From NCBI GenBank assembly GCA_043757325.1, contig JAYVPO010000116.1, positions 4,157-68,156 of the forward strand: a stretch of 64,000 nucleotides of DNA, read 5' to 3'. Shown here one piece after another: positions 1-10,364 of the stretch. This stretch comes from a bacterium. Lineage in GTDB: Bacteria; Bdellovibrionota_B; Oligoflexia; Oligoflexales; RGVZ01. The position numbers and the translations under genes were made by a program. Position 1 is the first letter of the stretch. Every line of letters begins with the position of its first letter. The notes below the pieces were generated by a model. The model saw only the letters and a list, made by a program, of their open reading frames with translations, did not search any database and was not told the origin of the DNA.

Positions 1-47
1 GGACCTGCGCAAAATTGAATCGGTGGCAGAACTTCAAGGATCTTTTT

Positions 48-1574
48 ATGACACAAAGTGATTCGCTTAAATTTCACCGTAGGATTCGAGATAATGTCCA
101 CGGGACAATCGATATTACAGAGTTAGAAAATGCTGTAATCGATCATCCTATCTTTCAAAGACTTCGCCGGATCCGGCAGCTTGCTTTTTTGCATTATGTT
201 TTTCCAGGAGCAAGTCATTCGCGGTTTGAACATTCACTTGGAGCGATGCATTTAGCTGGAGTGGCATGGCAAAAGATTCGCGAAAACCAAGAAATTCTGC
301 AGGATTCGACCAGCAAAATTAAAGATTTTGAAACAAAAGAGCAACAAAATTCACCCAGCCAGTCAGTCCAGGGGTTGATCTTTCCGACATTTTCCCAGGT
401 TTTTAAGTTTCTAGACAACCCCAAAATTCATCAGGCAGTGCGTTTAGCAGCCCTTGTGCACGATATTGGGCATTCGCCTTTTTCACACAGCGGGGAACTG
501 TTTTTTCCTACATGGGAAAAAGTTATGCAAGGCCTAAACAACCCGCCTGAGTATTTAAGGAAATTTTTTGAAGATAAAAAATTCAAATTAGGTAACGAGT
601 TCAGCTTGAAAAAAGTCCGCCATGAAATTTACACTTTACTTCTTCTCGACAGGATTTTTTGTGATTTGGAAATCGAAAAGCAATTTGGTTTAAAAGTCGA
701 AGACGTAGCCTGTATACTTGAACCTAGTATCAAACCCGAAAAAGACTCGATTTTTGCAGACTTTGATATTTTTGTCCTGTGTCACGAGTTGATATCCGGA
801 GAGTTGGATGTAGATCGTATGGACTATCTATTGCGCGATTCTAAAGAATGCGGGGTGGTCTACGGGATTTTTGATCAAAGTCGCATTCTAGATTCCATGG
901 TTGTCTATCAAAGTCCCCGTGATAAGACTTTTCACCTCGGGCTTCAGTATTCGGGACTTGCGGCTTTTGAGGATTTTTTGCGTGCGCGTCAGTCGATGTA
1001 TTTGCAACTTTATTTTCACAAAACAGCCGCAGCCAGTGAAGCGATGTTGAATGCCGTTGCAGCGCAAATTCCTGATTATTGTTTCCCTGCGGATGCCGAA
1101 GCTTACGCAAAACTAGATGATTACAATATTGAAGGTCATGTGCGTGAGTTTTGCGAAAAAAACACATCGGTTGCTACGCAACGTTTCGTGCAGGAGACTT
1201 TGGTTAACCTTTTGTCAAAACGAAAACTTTGGAAACGCGTTTTCGAAATGACCACAACGACAAATACCAATTCGCTAAGTGAAAAAGTCGAAAAGGCTTT
1301 ATGTGAGGCTGGTATATCTTTTGAGAAAATTTCTTCCGAATCTGCTCCGACAAGACTTCGTCAGCGTTTGAGTGTGGATCAAAGAGCTGCAGATTTTAGA
1401 CTGATTAAAAAAGACGACCTGCAAATTCCGCGAGTGATGCCAATGGAAGATTATCTCGAATTAGCAAAAAATAATGCCTTGGTTAAAATAACGAGATTTT
1501 ATGCGGAATTAGAAAAAACCCCAGACGGCCGGTTTATTACCGAGATGTTACAAGAGAAATTGCAAAACCAGTAG
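48..1574 (+). CDS. HD-domain phosphohydrolase (SAMHD1/dNTP triphosphohydrolase-like, COG1078)
   Basis: Motifs IRDNVHG, FQRLRRIRQL, HSRFEHSLG, LVHDIGHSPFSH, LDVDRMDYL, LYFHK. ATG at 48 follows AAGGA and is preferred to the track's TTG at 15. Confidence 0.9.
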   Translation: MTQSDSLKFHRRIRDNVHGTIDITELENAVIDHPIFQRLRRIRQLAFLHYVFPGASHSRFEHSLGAMHLAGVAWQKIRENQEILQDSTSKIKDFETKEQQNSPSQSVQGLIFPTFSQVFKFLDNPKIHQAVRLAALVHDIGHSPFSHSGELFFPTWEKVMQGLNNPPEYLRKFFEDKKFKLGNEFSLKKVRHEIYTLLLLDRIFCDLEIEKQFGLKVEDVACILEPSIKPEKDSIFADFDIFVLCHELISGELDVDRMDYLLRDSKECGVVYGIFDQSRILDSMVVYQSPRDKTFHLGLQYSGLAAFEDFLRARQSMYLQLYFHKTAAASEAMLNAVAAQIPDYCFPADAEAYAKLDDYNIEGHVREFCEKNTSVATQRFVQETLVNLLSKRKLWKRVFEMTTTTNTNSLSEKVEKALCEAGISFEKISSESAPTRLRQRLSVDQRAADFRLIKKDDLQIPRVMPMEDYLELAKNNALVKITRFYAELEKTPDGRFITEMLQEKLQNQ

Positions 1575-1622
1575 GAATCAGCTAACTTTAATTTTCTATT
1601 TTGAATGGGAGCTTTTTACGTA

Positions 1623-2183
1623 ATGTATTCTACAAATGAATTTCGCAAGGGTTTGAAAATTGAGTATAACGACAAGGCTTGGAATATTGTTGATTTTCAG
1701 CATGTCAGCCCCGGTAAAGGTTCGGCCTTTGTGCGTACCAAACTAAAAAATTTGGAAGGCGGCCAAGTTGTCGAAATTACCTTTAAATCAGGTGATAAAG
1801 TCAATATTCCAGATGTTGAAACCCGTGAGATGCAGTATTTATTTAACGATGGCGCAACGTACACGTTTATGGATAGCACTTCCTTTGAACAATACACTCT
1901 AACCAACGACGATATTGGCGACTCGAAGTATTATATTAAAGAAAACTCAACCGTAGTTGTGACTTTTTTTCGCGGTCGGCCAGTGAGTGTCGAAGTTGAT
2001 AACTTTATCGAATTAAAAATTACCGAAACCCAACCTAATATTAAGGGCGATACGTCGGGTGGTGGTGGAAAGCCCGCAAAACTCGAAACGGGCCTGATGG
2101 TGCAAGTTCCTTTCCACTTAAAAGAAGGCGATATTGTCAAAGTTGATACACGCACCAACGCCTATTTGGAAAAAGTAAAATAA
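1623..2183 (+). CDS. efp: Elongation factor P
   Basis: MYSTNEFRKGLKI start, HVSPGKGSAFVRTKLK loop with Lys, KPAKLETG..VQVP C-terminus. Confidence 0.97.
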   Translation: MYSTNEFRKGLKIEYNDKAWNIVDFQHVSPGKGSAFVRTKLKNLEGGQVVEITFKSGDKVNIPDVETREMQYLFNDGATYTFMDSTSFEQYTLTNDDIGDSKYYIKENSTVVVTFFRGRPVSVEVDNFIELKITETQPNIKGDTSGGGGKPAKLETGLMVQVPFHLKEGDIVKVDTRTNAYLEKVK

Positions 2184-2202
2184 TAAAAGGGGTTTTCTTT
2201 AA

Positions 2203-2625
2203 ATGGATGTAAAAAAAGTAGAAAAATTAATTGAGCTTATGAAAAAGCATAAGCTTCACAGCATTGAATTTAGCGACAAAACTGAAAAAATTGCTATCGT
2301 CGCGTCAAACAGCGCAACGATTGTGCATGCACCCTCAGTAGTCGCTCAAGAAGCGACTGCAAAGACAGCTTCGAAACCTGCTTTAGCCGCCGGAAAATTG
2401 ATTAAAAGCCCGTTTGTTGGGACCTACTATGGGGCTTCATCGCCCGACTCGGAGCCTTTTGTAACAATTGGAAAACGCGTGAAAAAAGGCGATACGCTAT
2501 GCATTATCGAAGCCATGAAATTGATGAATGAAATCGAAGCGGACTCCAATGGAATTATTCGCGAAATTCTCGCCGAAAATGCCCAACCAGTCGAATATGA
2601 TCAACCTCTTTTTGTTATCGAATAA
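2203..2625 (+). CDS. accB: Acetyl-CoA carboxylase biotin carboxyl carrier protein
   Basis: [10 protein letters not shown] and the [11 protein letters not shown] biotinylation motif; lies between efp and accC. Confidence 0.97.
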   Translation: MDVKKVEKLIELMKKHKLHSIEFSDKTEKIAIVASNSATIVHAPSVVAQEATAKTASKPALAAGKLIKSPFVGTYYGASSPDSEPFVTIGKRVKKGDTLCIIEAMKLMNEIEADSNGIIREILAENAQPVEYDQPLFVIE

Positions 2626-2628
2626 GCA

Positions 2629-3969
2629 ATGAAAAAAATCCTTATTGCCAATCGCGGAGAAATTGCTGTTCGTGTGATTCGTGCCTGCAAGGAGATGGGA
2701 ATTCGCACTGTTGCTGTTTACTCCACCGTCGATAAAGAAGCGTTGCATACCAAGATTGCAGATGAAAGTGTTTGCATCGGTCCAGCTCCGTCCGTTAAAA
2801 GTTATTTAAACATTCCGTCGATAATGGCTGCGGCAGAATTAACCGGGGCTGACGGTATCCATCCTGGATATGGATTTTTATCAGAAAATGCAAAATTTGC
2901 AGAAATTTGTATAGCCCAGAACATATGTTTTATCGGGCCCAAGCCTGAGCATATTTTTGCTCTTGGAAATAAAGTCCAAGCACGTGCTGCCGCAGAAAAA
3001 TCCAAAGTGCCTTTGCTACCTGGTAGTAAAGGCGTTGTAAAGACTTACAAAGAGGCTTTAAAACTTGCTCGCGAAATAGGTTTTCCAGTCATTATAAAAG
3101 CTGCGGCCGGAGGCGGTGGTCGTGGCATGAAAATTATCAATATCGAGCAGGATTTGGAAAACCAGCTTTTGTTAGCACAGAGTGAAGCACTTTCTGGTTT
3201 TGGCAATGCCGATGTTTATTTGGAAAAATATTTGCGTGCGCCGCGGCATGTGGAAGTTCAACTTCTAGCCGATCAGCATGGCAATACTATTCATCTTGGC
3301 GAAAGAGATTGTTCGGTTCAGCGCCGGCATCAAAAACTTCTGGAAGAATCTCCCTGTCCTGTTATGACACCGCAATTGCGAAAAAAAATGGGCGATACGG
3401 CGGTTCGATTGGCTCAGTCTGTGGGTTATCAGTCGGTTGGAACCTGTGAGTTTTTATTGGACGAAAACGGCGAATTTTATTTTATGGAAGTTAATAGTCG
3501 CATTCAGGTTGAGCATACAGTCACCGAAGAGGTGACGGGTTTAGATTTAATAAAAGAACAAATAAAAGTTTCTCTTGGAGAAAAGCTACGCAAAAAACAA
3601 GATGACATCGTTATGACAGGACACGCGTTGGAGTGTCGTATTAATGCAGAAGATCCAGTTAGTTTTGTGCCATGGCCGGGGAAAGTTACCGAATATTTTG
3701 CGCCCGGCGGTAGAGGGATAAGAGTTGATAGTGCGCTTTACGCGGGTTTCACGGTTCCTTCGAACTACGATTCTATGATAGCCAAGTTGATTACTCATGG
3801 CGAAAATCGTGAAGAATGTTTAGCCCGAATGCGTAGCGCCCTCTCGGAGATGAAAGTCGAGGGGATTCGCACAAATATTTCGTTTCATCAAAAAGTTTTG
3901 CAAGATAAAAATTTTATTTCGGGAAACTTTTCAACCCGGTTTCTTGAAGAACTTAATCATAACAAGTAA
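2629..3969 (+). CDS. accC: Acetyl-CoA carboxylase biotin carboxylase subunit
   Basis: KKILIANRGEIAVR, HPGYGFLSEN, GGGGRGM, RDCSVQRRHQK, FMEVNSRIQVEH. Confidence 0.98.
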   Translation: MKKILIANRGEIAVRVIRACKEMGIRTVAVYSTVDKEALHTKIADESVCIGPAPSVKSYLNIPSIMAAAELTGADGIHPGYGFLSENAKFAEICIAQNICFIGPKPEHIFALGNKVQARAAAEKSKVPLLPGSKGVVKTYKEALKLAREIGFPVIIKAAAGGGGRGMKIINIEQDLENQLLLAQSEALSGFGNADVYLEKYLRAPRHVEVQLLADQHGNTIHLGERDCSVQRRHQKLLEESPCPVMTPQLRKKMGDTAVRLAQSVGYQSVGTCEFLLDENGEFYFMEVNSRIQVEHTVTEEVTGLDLIKEQIKVSLGEKLRKKQDDIVMTGHALECRINAEDPVSFVPWPGKVTEYFAPGGRGIRVDSALYAGFTVPSNYDSMIAKLITHGENREECLARMRSALSEMKVEGIRTNISFHQKVLQDKNFISGNFSTRFLEELNHNK

Positions 3970-3979
3970 TATAGTGGCG

Positions 3980-5275
3980 TTAGTTAGGCCAACCGGCAAC
4001 AAATAGTCCACCAAAAAACGTCGGTTCAAAAACTTGGTCATTGACTCGAGCTGTATAACTGGCGCCAGAAATGTTGGATAGAACTCGGTAGTGAGATCCG
4101 CCGCCAGTGCTTGCACCTACTAGTAAGCTAGCATTTGCATCACCAGGAAATCTAACTCCCGAAACCACAACACCGAAGCGAAATTGGCCTTCCACGGGAT
4201 ACGCATTGGGCTCATAAGCAAAAAAGTTTGCGATTTCATTAAATGAAGTTCCCGAGAATATTCGTACGTGCGGTGCCCCACTTGATGCTGCTCCTGCGAC
4301 TATAGATGATTTTTTATTGCCTTCAAAATCTCCGCCGGTCAAATTTATGCCACCATTAAATGGTGCTGCGAATACATTAGGAATTTCTTTGATAAGAGTT
4401 CCTTTTTTATAAACGCGAATAGTCGGCGCAGAATTCGGTCCCTCTGCGGTAAAGATTTCCGCAACTCCATCGCCATCAATATCTCCGCAGCCAACATTGA
4501 CTCCCGCTCTACGATTAGGGTCAAAAGCGAAAAAATCTAGCAGTGCAGCCGATCCGCTTTTTACATCGTAAACCGATACCCGAGACGCTCCGCCATTTCC
4601 GGCGCCAATAATTAATTGTGCATAACCAAGACCCATAACATCACATGCAGCGATACTTCCGCTAAGATTATAACCAGGTCCAAATGGAACAGTGAAAGCA
4701 GGTGGCATATTTGTCTGCGAACCATCTTTGGCACGAAATTGAACTTGGGTTGGCACTCCGGGTCCCGTCATCGTTGCCAAAATCAGTGTTTTATCGCCCT
4801 TTAAATCGCCGATTGCTAGCCTAACACCGTTGCGCAGATTTGAATCGAAACCAAAATAGTTTTGAATTTTGTTAAATCCAGAATCAAAATGTGAAATGCG
4901 AGGTCCACCACCATCGCCTGCGCCAATGGCAGAAAAAATTCCATCGGGAGTCACGGGATTGACACCAGTACTTCCGGCCGTAATACCTGAAGTACTTCCA
5001 GAAGTGGCTCCTCCTCCGGTCGCTAATCCTCCTGATGATCCATCAGTCACGCCACCTGCAGTCGATCCCGCAGTAGTTGTTCCAGCAGTATTTCCGGCAG
5101 AGGCTGCGCTTCCCGCAGTACCGCCGCCTGTTGCAACGGTTTTGACACAATCGGACCCTGCTAAACAATTAGCATTTGCGCCATTGGGTGGGTTGTCGTT
5201 TTTGCCTTCGTATTTCGAACTTTTACACCCGAAAACTAGAATAAGACAGACCGTTACAGTAGATAAATAATGCAT
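3980..5275 (-). CDS. Lipoprotein with G/S/T-rich linker and FG-GAP-type beta-propeller repeats
   Basis: Lipobox LVFGC, low-complexity GST stalk, repeated G(A/D)GxGGxP(R/H)V and GDIDGDGVAEI motifs. Confidence 0.8.
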   Translation of the reverse strand: MHYLSTVTVCLILVFGCKSSKYEGKNDNPPNGANANCLAGSDCVKTVATGGGTAGSAASAGNTAGTTTAGSTAGGVTDGSSGGLATGGGATSGSTSGITAGSTGVNPVTPDGIFSAIGAGDGGGPRISHFDSGFNKIQNYFGFDSNLRNGVRLAIGDLKGDKTLILATMTGPGVPTQVQFRAKDGSQTNMPPAFTVPFGPGYNLSGSIAACDVMGLGYAQLIIGAGNGGASRVSVYDVKSGSAALLDFFAFDPNRRAGVNVGCGDIDGDGVAEIFTAEGPNSAPTIRVYKKGTLIKEIPNVFAAPFNGGINLTGGDFEGNKKSSIVAGAASSGAPHVRIFSGTSFNEIANFFAYEPNAYPVEGQFRFGVVVSGVRFPGDANASLLVGASTGGGSHYRVLSNISGASYTARVNDQVFEPTFFGGLFVAGWPN

Positions 5276-5303
5276 TGAAAAACTCCATTTTACTCACGGT
5301 TGT

Positions 5304-5358
5304 TGATCGGAAATAAAGTTCGAAATCTTTACATCGGCAGCGTAGGAGCAAAACTTGA
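5304..5358 (-). promoter_or_regulatory. Two tandem sigma28 (FliA)-like promoters
   Basis: Minus strand reads TCAAG-N15-GCCGATGT, immediately followed by TAAAG-N15-TCCGATCA, upstream of the FG-GAP gene. Confidence 0.6.
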
Positions 5359-5384
5359 GTTTTTTTTAAACTTCTGGCATTAAC

Positions 5385-6050
5385 TTAAGAGTTTCGGCCT
5401 TTTGCCTTTTCCCGAATGATCTCTATAATCGCCGGGAGAATCGATAAAACGATAATAGCTAGAATAATATAATGAAAATTTGATTTTACCTGAGGAAGAT
5501 TTCCGAAGTAATAACCGGCCGAAGTAAAACTAACCACCCAACAAAGGGCTCCAATGATATTGTAAAAAACAAAAGTTCCATAAGGCATCATTCCAACCCC
5601 TGCGACAAAGGGTGCAAACGTTCGAACGATTGGAATAAAACGGGCTAAAATAATGGTTTTACCACCGTATTTGGCATAAAATTTCTGGGTTTTTTCTAAG
5701 TGTGATTTTTTGAAAAAGCGATTTCCCTCCAAAAATACTTTGGGCGAAGCGAATTTCCCGACATTATAGTTTACAAAATCTCCCAAGACAGCGGCCACAA
5801 TCAAAACACCCATTAAAACCCACAGATTAAGCTCCGCTGCAGGCATCGAAGAAATTGCGCCTGCCGCAAAAAGAAGCGAATCTCCTGGCAGAAAAGGGGT
5901 GATAACAAGCCCTGTTTCGGCAAATATAATCGCAAAAAGGAGCCAGTACATCCCGCTGCCCAATGAGTTGGACATCTGCACTAAATACTGGTCAATATGC
6001 AGCACTAAGTGAACAACTTTTAAAACAGCTAACTTCAATTCATTGTACAT
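5385..6050 (-). CDS. dedA: DedA family membrane protein
   Basis: FAETGLVITPFLPGDSLLFAAG; GGKTIILARFIPIVRTFAPFVAG. Confidence 0.95.
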   Translation of the reverse strand: MYNELKLAVLKVVHLVLHIDQYLVQMSNSLGSGMYWLLFAIIFAETGLVITPFLPGDSLLFAAGAISSMPAAELNLWVLMGVLIVAAVLGDFVNYNVGKFASPKVFLEGNRFFKKSHLEKTQKFYAKYGGKTIILARFIPIVRTFAPFVAGVGMMPYGTFVFYNIIGALCWVVSFTSAGYYFGNLPQVKSNFHYIILAIIVLSILPAIIEIIREKAKGRNS

Positions 6051-6056
6051 AAAAAA

Positions 6057-6449
6057 TCAATTCCTTGTGAGTTCTGCCTGAATACTGACTTCTGCAAACG
6101 CAACAGCACGTGGCTTTTTGATTTTTATAAAAATCTTTGCCACAATCGAATATTTAGCAAAAATATGCCCAGTTAATGTGTGAATGAGATTTTCTACGAG
6201 AAAAAAATGGCGAGATTGGCAAATTTCTCTGATGTCGTCAGCCACTGCTGAATAATTAAGCGTGTTTTTAATGTCCTGAATTTGAGCTAGTTCCGCCCCC
6301 AAGAATATTTTCAATTCTAAAAATATTTCTTGTGGCGCATTTAATTCGTGATCACAAATTCCTATCGAGCACAACGTGCGAAAATTTTCAAGCCCAATTG
6401 CCAAAACTGATTTATGCTTATTTAGCGAAATAAAATTATTCATCTGCAA
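6057..6449 (-). CDS. folB: Dihydroneopterin aldolase
   Basis: IGICDHELNAPQ, TLNYSAV, LVENL, IKIKKP motifs; typical length. Confidence 0.85.
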   Translation of the reverse strand: MQMNNFISLNKHKSVLAIGLENFRTLCSIGICDHELNAPQEIFLELKIFLGAELAQIQDIKNTLNYSAVADDIREICQSRHFFLVENLIHTLTGHIFAKYSIVAKIFIKIKKPRAVAFAEVSIQAELTRN

Positions 6450-6503
6450 AAGATTAAGTTAAAATAGAAAAACTATCAAAGAGATTTGGCAAAAGGAAAT
6501 TAA

Positions 6504-9500
6504 ATGCGATTATCGTCCAATCACTATTTGAATTTAGCGGCGTGGGTTTTACTAGTAGGATCCACAGTCTGCTTTGCGGCGGGCCTGGGGGTTGGAAGTG
6601 TTGTCGGTGGGCTTGTTTTATTCGGCGATCAGTCGCACTTAAAAAAAACCACTATTTTATCAAGAATCAACGAAGAAACCACTGTTTTTTGCCTGGATGA
6701 AAAAACGCGGTTGGGAAGTTTTTTTAATTCCGAACATCGACGTTATGTTTCTATCGATGAAATCCCAAGGCACATGATTCATGCCATCATTGCAGCCGAA
6801 GATAAAAATTTCTACAAACATATCGGTGTCGATCCAGCGGCGATTTTTTCTGCGGTGATTGAAGGTTTTCGCACGGGACGTTTTCGAGGTGGTTCCACAT
6901 TAACCCAGCAAACCGTAAAAAATATCATGTCCGACTGGGAATATTCTCTTCGCCGCAAAATAAAAGAGGCTGTTTCGTCTTTGCAGATGGAAAGACTGTA
7001 TTCAAAAAAAGAAATTTTAGAATTTTATTTAAATCAATTCCATGTTTCTGGAAACGGCACAGGGATAGGGATTGCGGCCAAGCATTATTTCAATAAAGAC
7101 GTAAAAGATCTTGAACTCGTAGAATCGGCATTTATAGCGGGGTCTGTAAAGGGACCAAGTAAGTATGACCCTTTCTTAAAGTACACAAAAACCGACCGCG
7201 ACCGTGCGGCAAGGGAAGCTTTTACCCGTAAAAATTACGTGCTTAAAAGAATGTTTGAACAAGGTTTAATTACTAAAGAAGAATTTCAAGAAAACTTTGC
7301 CAAGCCGGTGCCGTTTTCCCGTGGAGCTTTTGGGTCCAGTGAAGTGGCGCTGGTAAATCTTGTAAAAAGCCAGCTCGGTCGCAAGGAAATTCTTGAACAG
7401 CTAAAAATTGACAACGCAGATGAATTAAATCGTGCGGGTCTGCGGGTTTTTACAACCATCGACTGTCAGATGCAAAGTGATGCCCAATTGGCGATGCGGC
7501 GTAATTTATCGCGACTTGAGACGATTCTTTCGGGTTTTGCACCAGAAAAGCAGGAGAATTTTAAACGTTTGCGCGATTTAAGTTTAAATCAATTTTATTT
7601 TGGCAAGGTTGAAGATGTCAAGCGCGACCCAAAAGATCCGTCGATTAAAGTTTCTTTCGGGCTGTCGACTGGAGTGATTCCTGGCGACGCGATTATGCGC
7701 TACGCCAAATTGATGGATTTGCCAATACAAGAGGGTTTTGCTTCGCAGACCAAAAAGCTTTTAAACGCAATTCGTACGGGTGATATTTTATTTGTGGAAG
7801 TTAGAAGTTACGACAGTGTAAAACACGAAGCTATTTTAGAACTGCATAAACGCCCAAAGATAAACGGCGCCCTTGTGGCATTGGATAAAGGTGACGTGCG
7901 CGTTGCGGTGTCGGGTTTTGACACCTTGGGTTACAATCGCGCTATATTTGCGCGCAGACAACCAGGGTCGGTTTTTAAATCCGTTGTGTTTTTTGCGGCA
8001 CAAAACTTAGGCTGGAATATTTTAGACACGATCGATAATGAACGGCAGCTTTTTCCATATCAAAATCGTTTCTATTTTCCGCGGCCAGACCACGTTAGTC
8101 CGTACAAACGCGTGTCGATGATTTATGCCGGCACCACATCCGAAAACTTAGCGAGTGTCTCGTTAGCTTATAGACTACTTGAGAAAATTAATTTCGATCA
8201 ATTTAAGCAACTTCTTGCGGCCTTGGATTTGATGCCACATGCAGGTGAAGCGGCGCCAGATTTTCATATGCGAATCCAGCGAGCTTTAGGAGTCCAACTC
8301 GACAATGAAGGTGTACGCGAATGGCAGCTAAAAAATGCCATCGCAGATCTTTTGCCAGATTTAATTTTCTCTGGGCAGCAAACTGCCATCAAAGCACTGG
8401 ACAAAATGTGGTGGGGGCGTGGCTACAATTCTGAGCTTGGGCGATTGTACGCGCGCGAAGGACACGACTTTCCACCTTTGGAACAAGCGGTGCGAATCGA
8501 ACTCGTGCGTAATAATTTTCTGCGATTAAATGAAATGACCAAAAAACTCGATGCGGATTGGCAGCTTCTGGCAAGTCGGATCGGTCAAGTTGGAGCTGAT
8601 GCGGCATTAAGTGACGCAATCGCTCGGCCTCTTTTAGCTAAATTTAGGGTTCTTCCGACAGCCCGAGCCAAACCAGCTTTGGGTTATTTTGGCACTGCGG
8701 ACGGCGAGCGAGATACGGCCGGAAATTCGCACTTGGAATATATCGAAAGACTGATGGGAGTTCAGGGCCGAACCTTGAGTGGACTTGATGTGCAAATGAT
8801 TTGGGGCGCTATGGGAAATAACGCGGTGGAACTCGCAGAAGTACGCGTGAACGGAACGATTCCTTATGGGGCAATGACGAGATTACGTGAAGCCGTTGAT
8901 GCACGATTTGATGGCGCCATGAAAACTACTTCCGATTTTGACCTGTACCGTTTCTTTCAGCATCACGATATGAGAGTCGCTGTCGGCTTAAATTATCTGG
9001 TGCATGTGGCAAAAACTTTAGGTGTGAGTTCGCCATTGGAACCTGTTTTATCGTTTCCTTTAGGTACCAACGTTGTAACCGCAGCTGAGGTTGCCAAAAT
9101 TTATCAGACGTTTATTGATGGAAAAGTTTACCGTTTTTATGATCAGGGCGGAGACAATCAGCTCAATTTTATTCGGCGCATTGAATCTCGCAGCGGTGAC
9201 AAACTGTATGAAGCCCAGCGGAAAGAATATCAAGTGGCGCAGCCTGAATACGCAGTTCAAATGAAGGAAATTCTAAAACGCGTTGTAACCCACGGAACGG
9301 GTAAACGAGCCCGTGGCGAACTGTTTGTAACGTTAAAAGATAAAATCGCAAAAGATACCAATGCGACCGCCTCTGCGGACAAATCTGATACTCTGCGGAT
9401 TCAAGCTTTTGGAAAAACAGGAACCACTAACGACTATCATAATGCTTATTTTGCGGGGTTTTTTCCGTATCCTACTCAAAAAGGTCAACCGCTGAATATC

Positions 9501-10202
9501 AGTGACAGTTTGGCTATTAGTTCCTATGTGGGATATGACATCAGCAAAATGATGAAACGTGGTGGTATGCGAATCACAGGTGGACTCGGCGGACTTCCGG
9601 TGTGGACAGATTTCGCAAAATCTTTGATTGAAAGTCAGAAATACGCTGATTTTGCTGATAATTTAGATTTATCGGCGCTCAAAAAACACGAATGGCCTTT
9701 TGCAGCAAGCGACGCAAATTTATCGAATTTTCATGTGGATTTAACCCGCGGAATTATTTTAGGCGGCGGTGGCAATAACGATGACGAAGTTTACGGAACC
9801 ACAAATATTGGTAAAACCGGTGAATCTTACGAAAATGAATTTCAAATTGGGTCCACCGTAAATACTGTGCTGCGTATTCCTGGTGATGGGAAAGGCAATG
9901 TCGCCCGAATATTTAGTCCGGTAGTTTCAGCTAAATCCAAGGCTGATGCGGTGGTTTCTAAAATCGACGCTGGGGAAATTCCTGCAGTAAAATCTGATGC
10001 TGCAGTGGCACCGATCAAGGGTGAAGAGCCAAAAATCGAAAGTAGCGGTGTTAAAAACACGATTCCGCAAGTGCCGGAAATTGTAGACGATGACGGTCGC
10101 ATAATCGATCAGGCAACCGATAAAGCTACCGAAGAAAAAGCACCGGATAAAATCGATGACAAAAAGCCCGAAGCTTTTCAGGAAGAGGATCTTTGGCACT
10201 AA
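6504..10202 (+). CDS. Class A penicillin-binding protein (PBP1A; transglycosylase-transpeptidase) with large insertion
   Basis: AAEDKNFYKH and GGSTLTQQ (glycosyltransferase); RQPGSVFK (SxxK), SEN (SxN), GKTGT (KTG). Confidence 0.93.
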   Translation: MRLSSNHYLNLAAWVLLVGSTVCFAAGLGVGSVVGGLVLFGDQSHLKKTTILSRINEETTVFCLDEKTRLGSFFNSEHRRYVSIDEIPRHMIHAIIAAEDKNFYKHIGVDPAAIFSAVIEGFRTGRFRGGSTLTQQTVKNIMSDWEYSLRRKIKEAVSSLQMERLYSKKEILEFYLNQFHVSGNGTGIGIAAKHYFNKDVKDLELVESAFIAGSVKGPSKYDPFLKYTKTDRDRAAREAFTRKNYVLKRMFEQGLITKEEFQENFAKPVPFSRGAFGSSEVALVNLVKSQLGRKEILEQLKIDNADELNRAGLRVFTTIDCQMQSDAQLAMRRNLSRLETILSGFAPEKQENFKRLRDLSLNQFYFGKVEDVKRDPKDPSIKVSFGLSTGVIPGDAIMRYAKLMDLPIQEGFASQTKKLLNAIRTGDILFVEVRSYDSVKHEAILELHKRPKINGALVALDKGDVRVAVSGFDTLGYNRAIFARRQPGSVFKSVVFFAAQNLGWNILDTIDNERQLFPYQNRFYFPRPDHVSPYKRVSMIYAGTTSENLASVSLAYRLLEKINFDQFKQLLAALDLMPHAGEAAPDFHMRIQRALGVQLDNEGVREWQLKNAIADLLPDLIFSGQQTAIKALDKMWWGRGYNSELGRLYAREGHDFPPLEQAVRIELVRNNFLRLNEMTKKLDADWQLLASRIGQVGADAALSDAIARPLLAKFRVLPTARAKPALGYFGTADGERDTAGNSHLEYIERLMGVQGRTLSGLDVQMIWGAMGNNAVELAEVRVNGTIPYGAMTRLREAVDARFDGAMKTTSDFDLYRFFQHHDMRVAVGLNYLVHVAKTLGVSSPLEPVLSFPLGTNVVTAAEVAKIYQTFIDGKVYRFYDQGGDNQLNFIRRIESRSGDKLYEAQRKEYQVAQPEYAVQMKEILKRVVTHGTGKRARGELFVTLKDKIAKDTNATASADKSDTLRIQAFGKTGTTNDYHNAYFAGFFPYPTQKGQPLNISDSLAISSYVGYDISKMMKRGGMRITGGLGGLPVWTDFAKSLIESQKYADFADNLDLSALKKHEWPFAASDANLSNFHVDLTRGIILGGGGNNDDEVYGTTNIGKTGESYENEFQIGSTVNTVLRIPGDGKGNVARIFSPVVSAKSKADAVVSKIDAGEIPAVKSDAAVAPIKGEEPKIESSGVKNTIPQVPEIVDDDGRIIDQATDKATEEKAPDKIDDKKPEAFQEEDLWH

Positions 10203-10254
10203 CAATATCTAAGCCTGTAAATATAGCATAAATATCAAGGTAATATATTTCTAC

Positions 10255-10281
10255 TAAAGTTTTCGGGGATTTTGCCGAAGA
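10255..10281 (+). promoter_or_regulatory. sigma28-like promoter
   Basis: TAAAG-N14-GCCGAAGA upstream of the trypsin gene. Confidence 0.5.
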
Positions 10282-10364
10282 CCTTTTTAGCGCTGCTGTT
10301 GCGTTAAAAAATTCCATGATGGAGTTTTCTTAAGTCTAAGAAAAAACATTAGAGGAATAAAAAA

